A DNA stretch of 64,000 nucleotides from Candidatus Omnitrophota bacterium (GCA_015231405.1 JADGBR010000007.1:40791-104790), one strand, 5' to 3'. Shown: positions 52,499-63,791, counted from the first letter of the stretch. Translations and numbers: made by a program. The notes: a model not told the origin generated them from the letters alone.

Positions 52499-53071
52499 GT
52501 GGATATGAGCGTATTACTCGGAACCAGACTCCGCAACAAGCTGTTAACTTACGCGTTCTCCCGCGCGGACGGTGAGTTTTATGTGCGCGAGGCTGCCTCG
52601 GTCATAGGAGAGGACCCCGGCAACCTTTCAAGGGAGCTTAAACGCCTTGAGGGCGAGGGTCTTTTTGTTTCCCGCACTTCCGCGAACGCCAGATTTTATT
52701 CGGTCAATAAGAACTATTATCTTTTCAATGAGCTCAAGGCCGTTGTCGCCAAAACGTCGGGCGTTGAGGCCAGACTGAAGGACATAGCTGCGTCGCACAA
52801 AGAAATAGAGCTCGCGTTCATTTACGGATCATACGCGAAAAATACCGAGAAAAAAGGTTCTGATATCGACGTTGTCTTTGTAGGAAGATCTCTTCCCGAA
52901 AAGGTCATTACTGATATCAACTTGCTTGAGAGCGAGATCTCAAGAGAGATCAACTACACGTTCTACAAAAAAAACGACTTTGAGAAAAAACGCCTTGAAA
53001 AAGGCGGTTTTCTCGCCGAAGTTCTCGCCGGGAAAACCCTGGTACTGAAAGGGGAGGTCCATGAAAGATAA
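52499..53071 (+). CDS. HTH + minimal nucleotidyltransferase (MNT-type) protein
   Basis: N-terminal winged-helix-like region; NTase motif IYGSYAKNTEKKGSDIDVVFV. Confidence 0.6.
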   Translation: MDMSVLLGTRLRNKLLTYAFSRADGEFYVREAASVIGEDPGNLSRELKRLEGEGLFVSRTSANARFYSVNKNYYLFNELKAVVAKTSGVEARLKDIAASHKEIELAFIYGSYAKNTEKKGSDIDVVFVGRSLPEKVITDINLLESEISREINYTFYKKNDFEKKRLEKGGFLAEVLAGKTLVLKGEVHER

Positions 53072-53144
53072 ACTGGTAGAAAGGCTAATTAAGGAAGAAA
53101 AACTTTAAAAACAGACATCCGGGATAATTCAGGTAGAAAAACTT

Positions 53145-53534
53145 TTGAAAGAAGCCGTAATTGATATGGGAGAGGCATCGAAGATCAGAAATATTTCCGA
53201 AAGGGGAACATATCTTCTTGCCTACGGGGCGATGCTTAAAACCGGAAGGGCTCTCGTTCTTTTCCTGGGATATGTCCCGGATGACGGGGCGCAGCATAGG
53301 ACCGTGACAGAAATTGTCGCCGCGTGTCTGGGAGAAAAATTCAATAAAGTTACGTCTCATTTTGAAAGAATGCGCAGAAAAAGGAACGATCTTACATATG
53401 AGGCGGGCATTCTCCTTTCCGGAAGCGAAGCGGAAGAGGCGTTGTCCGACGCGAAAAAGCTTATCAGTGAAATATCTAACCACATAAAGACCAAGGATCC
53501 ACAGCTGCGGTTCGATTTTGAAGTTGAGTCATGA
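53145..53534 (+). CDS. HEPN-like / NTase-substrate-binding-like partner of the MNT gene (TTG start)
   Basis: Position directly downstream of the MNT gene. RMRRKRNDLTYEAG resembles the Rx4-6H HEPN motif but with Y/T in place of H. Assigned by context. Confidence 0.4.
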   Translation: MKEAVIDMGEASKIRNISERGTYLLAYGAMLKTGRALVLFLGYVPDDGAQHRTVTEIVAACLGEKFNKVTSHFERMRRKRNDLTYEAGILLSGSEAEEALSDAKKLISEISNHIKTKDPQLRFDFEVES

Positions 53535-53817
53535 TTTATTATACAGCCGGTGAAAAACTATCTGGATCAATATTTTGAGAAAGGCTCTTGAGTTGCGACC
53601 CGAGGGGTGCACTTATCGGGTATAAGGTTTTATGTTAGGCGAGAGGCAAGAGGATATAACCTTTGGCCTCGCGCCTATGGTGAAGTGACGGCTGACTAGG
53701 CCTGACGCCAAGTTTACCTGTGATCGACAAATTCCGACTAACTAGTGGTAGAGTTCTTCTTTAGGCAGGGCCAATAATGCACTGCGGTATTCGTTGATGA
53801 AGGGAGCTAAACTTCCA

Positions 53818-53867
53818 AAGCCCTTACAGACATTTAGTCTGTAAGGGCTTTTCTTTTTTGATATAAT
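53818..53867 (+). terminator. Hairpin + T-run + TATAAT element, copy 2 (terminator-like, 14-bp perfect stem)
   Basis: AAGCCCTTACAGAC-ATTTA-GTCTGTAAGGGCTT then TTCTTTTTTG then TATAAT. Confidence 0.5.
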
Positions 53868-53930
53868 CCTTTATAAGAGATCATACTTTATCTAAAGACA
53901 CTTCCATAAAACAATACAATAATTTCCAAA

Positions 53931-54271
53931 ACAAATCCGGGTAATTGAATGGCTAATACCCGGATTTATTTTGTAATGTCTTGACTATAAACAGCTTGCA
54001 GAAAGTGTCTGCCTGGGGTATATAAACAGCTTGCAGAAAGTGTCTGCCTGGGGTAAATACCCGGATTTATTTTGTAATGTCTTGACTATAAACAGCTTGC
54101 AGAAAGTGTCTGCCTGGGGTAAAGTGTCTGCCTGGGGTATTGACTATAAACAGCTTGCAGAAAGTGTCTGCCTGGGGTCAACAAATCCGGGTAATTGAAT
54201 GGCTAATACCCGGATTTATTTTGTAATGTCTTGACTATAAACAGCTTGCAGAAAATGACTGCCTGGGGTAT
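53931..54271. repeat. Nested direct-repeat (iteron-like) array upstream of kaiC
   Basis: A 91-bp unit (AACAAATCCGGGTAATTGAATGGCTAATACCCGGATTTATTTTGTAATGTCTTGACTATAAACAGCTTGCAGAAAGTGTCTGCCTGGGGTA) occurs at 53931 and 54181. Its 31-bp core AAACAGCTTGCAGAAAGTGTCTGCCTGGGGT occurs 5 times plus a partial, at irregular spacing. An internal 11-bp inverted repeat is AAATCCGGGTA/TACCCGGATTT. Confidence 0.85.
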
Positions 54272-54353
54272 TTCCAGGACGTTAGGGAAGGCCACTGGGC
54301 CCCGTTCTCGGTATTTCATGTAGGTCGCTAGGACGTGAAAAAAGGAGATCAGA

Positions 54354-55817
54354 ATGGCAAAATCAAAAAGTGTGTTGGGGGTGGGCAGAGTAATGCCTGA
54401 GCTACCTAAAGTTATGACCGGCATTCAGGGGTTAGATGAGATAACATTCGGAGGACTGCCAAAGGGGCGACCTACCCTTGTGTGCGGAGGCCCCGGTTGC
54501 GGCAAGACGCTCTTGGCTATGGAGTTTCTTTGCAGGGGCGCTCTGCAATATAACGAACCCGGCGTCTTTATTGCCTTCGAAGAGAAAGAGAAAGATCTGG
54601 AGGAAAATTTCGCCTCGCTCGGTTTCGATTTAAAATCGCTTGTAAAGCACAAAAAACTCGTTATCGATTATGTCTACATCGAAAGAAGCGAGATCGAAGA
54701 GACGGGCGAATATGATCTTGAAGGACTCTTCGTCCGTTTAGCGGCCGCCATTGATTCGATCGGCGCAAAAAGAGTAGTTCTCGATACCATCGAGGCCCTA
54801 TTTTCAGGGTTTTCAAATGAATCGATCCTGCGCGCGGAATTAAGGCGGCTATTCCGCTGGCTTAAAGATAAGGGAGTCACGGCAGTAATTACCGGCGAAA
54901 AAGGCGAGTCACTTCTAACAAAGCATGGATTGGAAGAGTATGTCGCGGATTGCGTCATACTCCTCGATCACCGCACGGTTAATCAGATTGCAACGAGACG
55001 TCTTAAGATAATAAAGTATCGCGGTTCAAAACACGGAACCAACGAATTCCCGTTCCTTATAGGCGAAACCGGTATCTCTGTTTTTCCCATGACGAGCTTA
55101 CTTTTATCAAGCACTGTGAGCTCTCGGCGTATATCATCCGGCATAAAGAGCCTCGATGAGATGTTGGGCAATAAAGGCTATTACAGGGGGAGCACTATCC
55201 TTGTATCCGGATCAGCAGGAAGCGGGAAGACCAGCTTTGGCGCCAAGTTTGTGGACGCCGTATGTGAGACTGGCGAACGCGCGTTATATCTCGCTTTTGA
55301 GGAGCCTGAAGACCAGCTATCCAGAAATATGAAGAGCATAGGTATCGATCTTAAGAAGTGGATAGATAAAGGGCTATTGAAGATCAATGCTAACAGGGCA
55401 ACCCTGTGCGGCCTTGAGATGCATCTTGTCATGGCGCATAACGCAGTAAGAGATTTTAAGCCGTCGGTCGTTGTCATAGATCCGATCACGACACTGATAG
55501 GCGCAGGGATGGCGGATGAGGCAAAAGCGATGATGGCCAGGCTTCTCGATTATCTTAGGAACGAAGGCATCACCGTTTTGGCGACAGACCTCTCGCTTGG
55601 CAGTACTCATGGGGATAGCGCGGAAATAGGCATATCATCTCTTTGTGACACGTGGATAAGGCTATCCATGGAAACTCAAGGATACAGGAGGATGCGCAGA
55701 CTTAGTATCATAAAATCAAGAGGCATGAAACATGCCCATGATACAAAAGATTTTATGATAACCGACAACGGGCTCGAGATGAAAGATATTCCCGGCCGAA
55801 AGGAGGACTTAAGATGA
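54354..55817 (+). CDS. kaiC: KaiC-like double RecA-domain ATPase
   Basis: [16 protein letters not shown], two Walker A motifs ([16 protein letters not shown]), 487 aa; strong RBS AAAAGGAGA. Confidence 0.85.
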   Translation: MAKSKSVLGVGRVMPELPKVMTGIQGLDEITFGGLPKGRPTLVCGGPGCGKTLLAMEFLCRGALQYNEPGVFIAFEEKEKDLEENFASLGFDLKSLVKHKKLVIDYVYIERSEIEETGEYDLEGLFVRLAAAIDSIGAKRVVLDTIEALFSGFSNESILRAELRRLFRWLKDKGVTAVITGEKGESLLTKHGLEEYVADCVILLDHRTVNQIATRRLKIIKYRGSKHGTNEFPFLIGETGISVFPMTSLLLSSTVSSRRISSGIKSLDEMLGNKGYYRGSTILVSGSAGSGKTSFGAKFVDAVCETGERALYLAFEEPEDQLSRNMKSIGIDLKKWIDKGLLKINANRATLCGLEMHLVMAHNAVRDFKPSVVVIDPITTLIGAGMADEAKAMMARLLDYLRNEGITVLATDLSLGSTHGDSAEIGISSLCDTWIRLSMETQGYRRMRRLSIIKSRGMKHAHDTKDFMITDNGLEMKDIPGRKEDLR

Positions 55818-56098
55818 AGAAGGCCGCTTATAGACTTAAATTATATGTAGCTGGGACAACGCCTAAATCATTAGAGGCTTTCGCTAATCTTAAAAAGATA
55901 TGCGAGGAGTATCTTAAGGGGCAATATTCTATCGAAGTAATAGATCTTATCAAAAACCCCAAGCTTGCCAAAGGCGACCAGATAATCGCGATACCGACAC
56001 TTGTAAGACACTTGCCCGAACCGATAAAGAAGATCATAGGCGATCTTTCCAACAAAGAGAAGGTTCTTGTGGGATTAAATATTATAAATAAAGGATAA
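55814..56098 (+). CDS. kaiB: KaiB, copy 1
   Basis: [25 protein letters not shown]...[25 protein letters not shown]; 94 aa. Confidence 0.85.
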   Translation: MKKAAYRLKLYVAGTTPKSLEAFANLKKICEEYLKGQYSIEVIDLIKNPKLAKGDQIIAIPTLVRHLPEPIKKIIGDLSNKEKVLVGLNIINKG

Positions 56099-56100
56099 AA

Positions 56101-56433
56101 ATGGCTAAACAAAAAAACGATATCGGAAAACAATTGGAACAGCGAACAAAGAAAAAAGAAATGAAAAAATATGTCCTTCATCTCTATGTCGCTGGTCTTT
56201 CTCCACGGTCACAAAAAGCGATAGATAATATAAAGAAACTATGCGATGAGCACTTAAAAGGTCAGTATGAACTTGTGATTCAGGATATATATAAGAACCC
56301 TGTGATGGCCAAGAACAGTCAGATACTTGCCGCGCCTACTCTTGTCAAAGAATTACCTTTGCCTCTACGCAAGTTTGTGGGGGATATGTCTAACACGGAA
56401 AGATTAATTCTCGGATTGGATCTTAAGGAATAA
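56101..56433 (+). CDS. kaiB: KaiB, copy 2 with basic N-terminal extension
   Basis: LHLYVAGLSPRSQKAIDNIKKLCDEHLKGQYELVIQDIYKNPVMAKNSQILAAPTLV; 110 aa. Confidence 0.8.
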   Translation: MAKQKNDIGKQLEQRTKKKEMKKYVLHLYVAGLSPRSQKAIDNIKKLCDEHLKGQYELVIQDIYKNPVMAKNSQILAAPTLVKELPLPLRKFVGDMSNTERLILGLDLKE

Positions 56434-56439
56434 TAATAA

Positions 56440-58915
<2,476 letters not shown>

Positions 58916-58926
<11 letters not shown>

Positions 58927-59278
58927 ACGAATTTTGATTATTGAAGATGATATCCATCTCGCCGATTCGCTTTCCGAGCTTTTAGAGGATGAAGGCTACT
59001 TTGTGGAGTGCGCCAAGGACGCAGTTAAGGGAGAGATCCTTATAAGAAAGGGCAACTTCGACGTCATTCTGCTGGATTACAAAATGCCCTTACTTAGCGG
59101 CATAGACATACTCAAAAAGCTTAAAGCCGATAATATAAGAAAACGTATTTTTATTGTCTCAGGAAGACCTTCTACGGAGCGATCTCTCAAAGAAGAAGAT
59201 GTTTTTGATATGATCAGCGGCATAATCGTAAAACCCATTAATATTGAAGCTTTTCTTGAGAAAATAAAAAATGCATAA
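58916..59278 (+). CDS. Stand-alone receiver-domain response regulator (CheY-like)
   Basis: ILIIEDD ... DVILLDYKMP ... phosphoacceptor pattern; 120 aa; overlaps the kinase stop by 11 bp. Confidence 0.85.
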
Positions 59279-59522
59279 AAGAATTTTGTTGGTAGACACC
59301 GATGTGAGTGTATGTGATTCAGTGGCTACTTTATTGCGACTCGAGGGGTATTGTGTTGATGAGATAACTTCGGGTGAAGCTAAATTTTGGATAGAACCGA
59401 TAGTGTCGTTAGCTTCATATTGCAAGTTAAACAAGGCTAAACTGAATCAGGCACAGAAATTAGTGGAGAAACATAAAGATGAGATCATTAAAGAATGGAA
59501 AAACTATTTCGGTAAGTGTTGA
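59271..59522 (+). pseudogene. Chimeric ORF: N-terminus of a second receiver domain fused in frame to the C-terminal half of a DUF4160-family protein
   Basis: MHKRILLVDTDVSVCDSVATLLRLEGY parallels the preceding regulator's N-terminus. AKFWIEPIVSLASYCKLNKAKLNQAQKLVEKHKDEIIKEWKNYF resembles the DUF4160 C-terminal helix region but lacks its N-terminal HPPHFHA part. Confidence 0.4.
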
Positions 59523-59739
59523 AAATATTACTCCTTTCGGTATTTGGTTGTATGTGAAGCAGAGAGAATATTTTTTGAGTTACGAGGATTACCCATATTT
59601 CAGGGAGAAACCCATATCTGCCATTCAAAAAGTTAAACTTCTTCACGGATTTCATCTTCATTGGAAAGATCTAGATGTTGATCTTGAAATTGATAATTTG
59701 GAAAATCCTGAAAAATATCCATTGAAAAGCAAGGATTAG
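59479..59739 (+). CDS. DUF2442-family protein
   Basis: ITPFGIWLYVKQREYFLSYEDYPYF ... LHWKDLDVDLEIDNL pattern. Confidence 0.55.
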   Translation: MRSLKNGKTISVSVENITPFGIWLYVKQREYFLSYEDYPYFREKPISAIQKVKLLHGFHLHWKDLDVDLEIDNLENPEKYPLKSKD

Positions 59740-59897
59740 GTTTGTTTAAATAGCCGCGAAACTCGTCCAATCCGGGGAACCAATTTGTAACAAGGGCAGA
59801 ACTTCACTTTTTGAGGTTCTGCCTTTGTCGTTTATTATGGGGATGTTATAGTGAACTGTGGCTTTGGATGGGTAACAGCTATCCTTTCGATAAACGA

Positions 59898-59920
59898 TTA
59901 CGCATTATGACACAGTCTGA
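59898..59920 (+). repeat. Left 23-bp direct repeat TTACGCATTATGACACAGTCTGA bounding the AbiEi-like/Fic module
   Basis: Matches 61770-61792 (TTACGCATTGTGACACAGTCTGA) at 22/23. Inverted copy at 61604-61623; partial copies at 61643-61656 and 61750-61763. Confidence 0.8.
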
Positions 59921-59953
59921 GTGCGTATTCGTGATCTGATCGCTAAAAATTAT

Positions 59954-59992
59954 TTGACTTGTTGTCAGAAAAATGATATATGTTTTCTGACA
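59954..59992 (+). promoter_or_regulatory. Putative sigma70-type promoter with embedded operator palindrome upstream of the AbiEi-like gene
   Basis: TTGACT (59954-59959), 17-bp spacer, TATATG (59977-59982). Perfect 10-bp inverted repeat TGTCAGAAAA (59963-59972) / TTTTCTGACA (59983-59992) overlaps the -10. Confidence 0.45.
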
Positions 59993-59999
59993 TATAAAA

Positions 60000-60608
60000 G
60001 TGATAAATATGACAGAATCCATTGAGAATAGAATACTTCACCGGATCATTGGCAAGAAAAAGGGGTGGGTGTTTGCCCCAACTCATTTTTTTGATCTTGG
60101 AAATCGTGCCGGGATAGATCAGGCCTTAAGCCGGTTGGTTCGGTCTCGGGATATCCGCAGATTAACGCGTGGTCTTTATGATTATCCCCGGAAGGATCCG
60201 ACTTTTGGAGATGTGCCTCCAAGCGTTGATCGTCTTGCCGCCGCACTTGCTGAAAAAGATAATCTTAAGATCCAACCTTCCGGAGCATACGCGGCCAACT
60301 TGCTTGGCATGTCTCATCAAGTACCGGCAAAGATTGTTTTCTTAACAGACGGATCTTCCCGTATGGTTCAGATCGGCAATTGGCATATTAAGTTAAAAAA
60401 GACAACACCCAAGAATATGGCGACCGCTGGGCGCATGAGCGGCTTGGTTATTCAAGCCTTACGTTATATGACGCAAGAGAATATCGATGGCAAAATTATT
60501 AAAAAACTTAAAGGAAAATTATCAGTCGAGGACAAAAAACAGCTTATGAGTGATATTCGTTATGCCCCGGCTTGGATAGGTGAAATATTTAAACAGCTAA
60601 ATTCGTAG
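60000..60608 (+). CDS. AbiEi-like / DUF6088-type winged-HTH protein (putative antitoxin/regulator)
   Basis: GWVFAPTHFFDLGNRAGIDQALSRLVRSRDIRRLTRGLYDYP pattern. GTG at 60000 or ATG at 60009. Confidence 0.5.
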   Translation: MINMTESIENRILHRIIGKKKGWVFAPTHFFDLGNRAGIDQALSRLVRSRDIRRLTRGLYDYPRKDPTFGDVPPSVDRLAAALAEKDNLKIQPSGAYAANLLGMSHQVPAKIVFLTDGSSRMVQIGNWHIKLKKTTPKNMATAGRMSGLVIQALRYMTQENIDGKIIKKLKGKLSVEDKKQLMSDIRYAPAWIGEIFKQLNS

Positions 60609-60655
60609 CATTTTCTTGGCTTTTATACCAGTAAGCCAGTAAGGATGGAGGACAT

Positions 60656-61396
60656 ATGAAAGAGATTTTAAGTAAGGTTGAAGAGGCTCAGGCGAAAATA
60701 AACGCATTGCGTCCATTTTGTAATGAAATGAACCATCAAATAAAGGAATATTTTCGTATCGGGCTCACCTATTCAAGCAATGCGCTTGAGGGCAACTCTC
60801 TGACGATATCGGAAACAAAAGTGGTCATCGAGGATGGGCTTACCATAGCCGGAAAGCCGCTTAGAGATCATTACGAGGCCACGGGCCACAGTGACGCGTT
60901 CGATCACATGTATGCTCTCTCTACAGGAAAAACGATAACGGAAGAAGATACTAAAAAATTGCACGCGCTCTTTTATCACCGCATTAAAGAAGGGGATGCG
61001 GGGGTGTATCGAAAAGTCCAGGCCATTATTACCGGCTCTCAATATCCATTGCCTACGCCTGAGGCATTGCCGGGAATGATGCAGAAATTTATTAAAGATC
61101 TGCCCAATTTAAAAATAGACAACCATCCGGTTGTCTATGCCGCCAAGCTCCATAAAGAGTTTGTGTTCATTCACCCGTTTGTTGATGGCAATGGGCGGGT
61201 AGCAAGACTTTTAATGAATGTGGCGCTTATGCAGGCAGGATACATTATTGCGATCATTCCGCCGCTCAAACGGTCGGAATACATCAGCGCTCTTGAAAAA
61301 TCGCATAAAATTGATGCGGATTTTATTGAGTTGATAGCGTCATGCGTCTATGAAACTCAGAACGATCTATTACGCATGGCTAATGGGAAAAGTTGA
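60656..61396 (+). CDS. fic: Fic-family protein (class II, with intrinsic N-terminal inhibitory motif)
   Basis: HPFVDGNGRVARLL active-site motif. N-terminal SNALEG matches the (S/T)xxxE(G/N) inhibitory motif. Confidence 0.9.
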   Translation: MKEILSKVEEAQAKINALRPFCNEMNHQIKEYFRIGLTYSSNALEGNSLTISETKVVIEDGLTIAGKPLRDHYEATGHSDAFDHMYALSTGKTITEEDTKKLHALFYHRIKEGDAGVYRKVQAIITGSQYPLPTPEALPGMMQKFIKDLPNLKIDNHPVVYAAKLHKEFVFIHPFVDGNGRVARLLMNVALMQAGYIIAIIPPLKRSEYISALEKSHKIDADFIELIASCVYETQNDLLRMANGKS

Positions 61397-61465
61397 ATTA
61401 ATGATGTGATGCAAACAGACCATTTTGTCGACCTCAACGAAATAGTTGATCGAGAGGTCGTGCGA

Positions 61466-61627
61466 TGAAAGTCAAAGAGCTGATCGATCGGTTGAAAGCT
61501 CTGCCAGCTGAAACTCAGGTACTAGCAAAGGGATATGAAGATGGATTTGACGGCATTATTGCCGTTAAGGAGATCGCTGTTGCCAAGAAGCCTGCCGCCG
61601 CTGATTACAGTCAGACTGTGTCATAAT
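61466..61627 (+). CDS. Possible small ORF (53 aa) whose 3' end runs into the inverted copy of the 20-bp boundary motif
   Basis: ATG with GAGAGG 8 nt upstream; MKVKELIDRLKALPAETQVLAKGYEDGFDGIIAVKEIAVAKKPAAADYSQTVS. Confidence 0.2.
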
Positions 61628-61769
61628 CCGAAAGCGGCACGAAACACAGTCTGAGTTTTTACAAAAACCAATGTTTTATCAAACTCTTATCCTCCTAGTA
61701 AACCCAAAAGGCTCACTAGGAGGGTAAGAACAACTTTTTTTCTGAAAAGATTCAGACTGTGTCCCTCTA

Positions 61770-61792
61770 TTACGCATTGTGACACAGTCTGA
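61770..61792 (+). repeat. Right 23-bp direct repeat TTACGCATTGTGACACAGTCTGA
   Basis: See the left-repeat entry at 59898-59920. Confidence 0.8.
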
Positions 61793-61982
61793 CTGCTAGC
61801 TGCAGATCCTTCGATTATACTCCGGTACAATTGACGCCATCCTGTATACTGCTACGATAAAGCTGTATGAATTTACTAACGTTATGCCGGACGATCACAT
61901 TCTTGTGAGTCTGATAAGCGGTATAGCGGTACGAGGGATGTTTAAAAGTTAAAAACCTTAAAACTAATAAAGGAGGCAATTT

Positions 61983-62717
61983 ATGAAACGCATCGTTTAT
62001 TTCACTGTATCTATCATGATCCTATTCCTATCGGCGCGGCCAACGCACGCCGATGATAACCGAGGCAATGAGAACATGAGAAAATACAAGGGAACGGACC
62101 AAAATAATGACGGTAAGATCACGCGCGAGGAATGGCAGAGTTTTTTTAATAACCATGATTGGAACGGTGATGGCATCCTATCGGGCGGCGAGATGAATCC
62201 GAGAGCGAGCCGTCAGGATGTAACGTTAACCGCTTCCGATCAATTCCGCGCATTAGACCGGAACAACGATGGCATGATCTCAACCGGCGAATGGACAGGT
62301 ACGATGCAGGACTTTAATAGCCTGGATAGGGATAGCAACAACAATGTAAGTATTAACGAGTTCTATCAGCGCTCGGGGACAGATCAATTCAGCGAACTCG
62401 ATTACAATAAGGATGGGATCATTTTACGCGATGAATGGCGTAACACCTCGCAGTCATTTGAAGCTCTGGATCAGAACCGCGACGGAAAATTGACCCGAGA
62501 TGAATTTTATAATACGCAAAAATACAACGTTTCCGTCTTCCGCGAGCTCGATCAGAACAACGACGGTAAGATCTCGCGCAGCGAATGGCGCAGTACGAAC
62601 GACGCTTTTAACAGGCTGGACAGCAATGGGGATGAGCTATTGAGCGAGAATGAATTCAATTCAACTCAAAGTCGCAGTATCACTCAAACGATATTTCAGG
62701 AAATCTTTGGAAAGTGA
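61983..62717 (+). CDS. Secreted EF-hand calcium-binding repeat protein
   Basis: Signal peptide; at least seven DxNxDGxIxxxE loops (DQNNDGKITREE, DWNGDGILSGGE, DRNNDGMISTGE, DYNKDGIILRDE, DQNRDGKLTRDE, DQNNDGKISRSE, DSNGDELLSENE). Confidence 0.8.
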   Translation: MKRIVYFTVSIMILFLSARPTHADDNRGNENMRKYKGTDQNNDGKITREEWQSFFNNHDWNGDGILSGGEMNPRASRQDVTLTASDQFRALDRNNDGMISTGEWTGTMQDFNSLDRDSNNNVSINEFYQRSGTDQFSELDYNKDGIILRDEWRNTSQSFEALDQNRDGKLTRDEFYNTQKYNVSVFRELDQNNDGKISRSEWRSTNDAFNRLDSNGDELLSENEFNSTQSRSITQTIFQEIFGK

Positions 62718-62999
62718 GATAATAAAAAAATTGGCAGTTAAGTAGAAACGGGGGGCGTGTCAAAATGGGACACAGCGTTAACGTTTCCCTGTCCCAAGGG
62801 GACACGTCCTCGGATCAGGTGGCCATAGCCAGCTCTTTAGCCGGTATCCCGTCATGAATCAGTAGCGAAACTCGTCCACGTGGATGTGCCAAATTCCCTG
62901 AGACCCAGAGACATTCGATTTGTAAGAGCTTATCTGATTTGATATAATTTATCGGTGCTCATAAAAGGGGGCCTCAAATGACACTGGGAGAAGCGCAGC

Positions 63000-63791
63000 A
63001 TGAAACCTAGAACTTCAGAGGGTGTACGGGCAAAACGAACTCGAAAGTCCGGCGCGTGGCATTTGGAGGCCGCTTTTCTTCTGGGACGGAACGTGAAAAA
63101 GGTCTCGAATACCCTGGGCCGGGCCGCTGAAAAAGCGGACGGAAGGGCCAAGAAGACAAGAATTATCGAGCCGGCGATGTCTCCGATCCTCGCCGAGATA
63201 AAAGGGATCATGGATGTCAGCGGGTTGTCGGACGCTATCCGGGAAATGAACGAGATCAGCCTGAAACATTCGAGACATCCGGTGATAGCGGGGTTGATAG
63301 CAAAGATCGGATGTTTGCCTCCCGCGGAGCAGGAAGATCTTTCGAGAAAATTCGTCGACAGGCTCGGCGAGAACCCCTGTTTCTATGACAAGTCGTGTTT
63401 TCTTCCGGGACAAGTAAAATTGAACGAAGAGGATTGCCGGAGAATGTCGGATTCGTTCATCGAGTGCGCGTTCCTGGCCTTGAAAGACATGGGGATGATA
63501 GACGGCGAAGCTGATATTTTGCGGCAACTGACCGGGGAGGTCGCACGGCCGATCAATGACCTGATCCAGTTCTACGTTAAACCGAAAACCTTTGGAGAGA
63601 AGATCAAACGCCTGTGGCGTATGCAAGGCGTATTAATAAGAACGGTCAGTTTGATCGCGAAGGCGAATGCCCTTCGCCCGGATCTTTCGGGTGGTCCTGT
63701 CAAAGCCGATATCGTTTACCCGTTCGGGTCCCTCTCGGGGCAACCCGGGCGAACCTGTGAGCCAAAAAACGGAAAGTCTATTCGGACCTAG
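63000..63791 (+). CDS. Hypothetical protein
   Basis: Long ORF on + strand. The antisense ORF 63015-63626 looks compositionally worse. No motifs recognised. Confidence 0.3.
   Translation: MKPRTSEGVRAKRTRKSGAWHLEAAFLLGRNVKKVSNTLGRAAEKADGRAKKTRIIEPAMSPILAEIKGIMDVSGLSDAIREMNEISLKHSRHPVIAGLIAKIGCLPPAEQEDLSRKFVDRLGENPCFYDKSCFLPGQVKLNEEDCRRMSDSFIECAFLALKDMGMIDGEADILRQLTGEVARPINDLIQFYVKPKTFGEKIKRLWRMQGVLIRTVSLIAKANALRPDLSGGPVKADIVYPFGSLSGQPGRTCEPKNGKSIRT

Noticed and set aside
53085-53483. 132-aa minus-strand ORF overlapping the HEPN-like gene
   Set aside because: Phe-rich low-complexity translation without motifs. The plus-strand ORF fits the expected MNT-partner position, so the minus-strand ORF is treated as a shadow.
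53931-54271. Repeat array considered as a CRISPR array
   Set aside because: Repeat spacing is irregular (34, 66, 59 and 90 bp between core starts). The intervening segments are themselves repeated rather than unique spacers. Units are nested at two sizes (91 bp and 31 bp). No cas genes are nearby.
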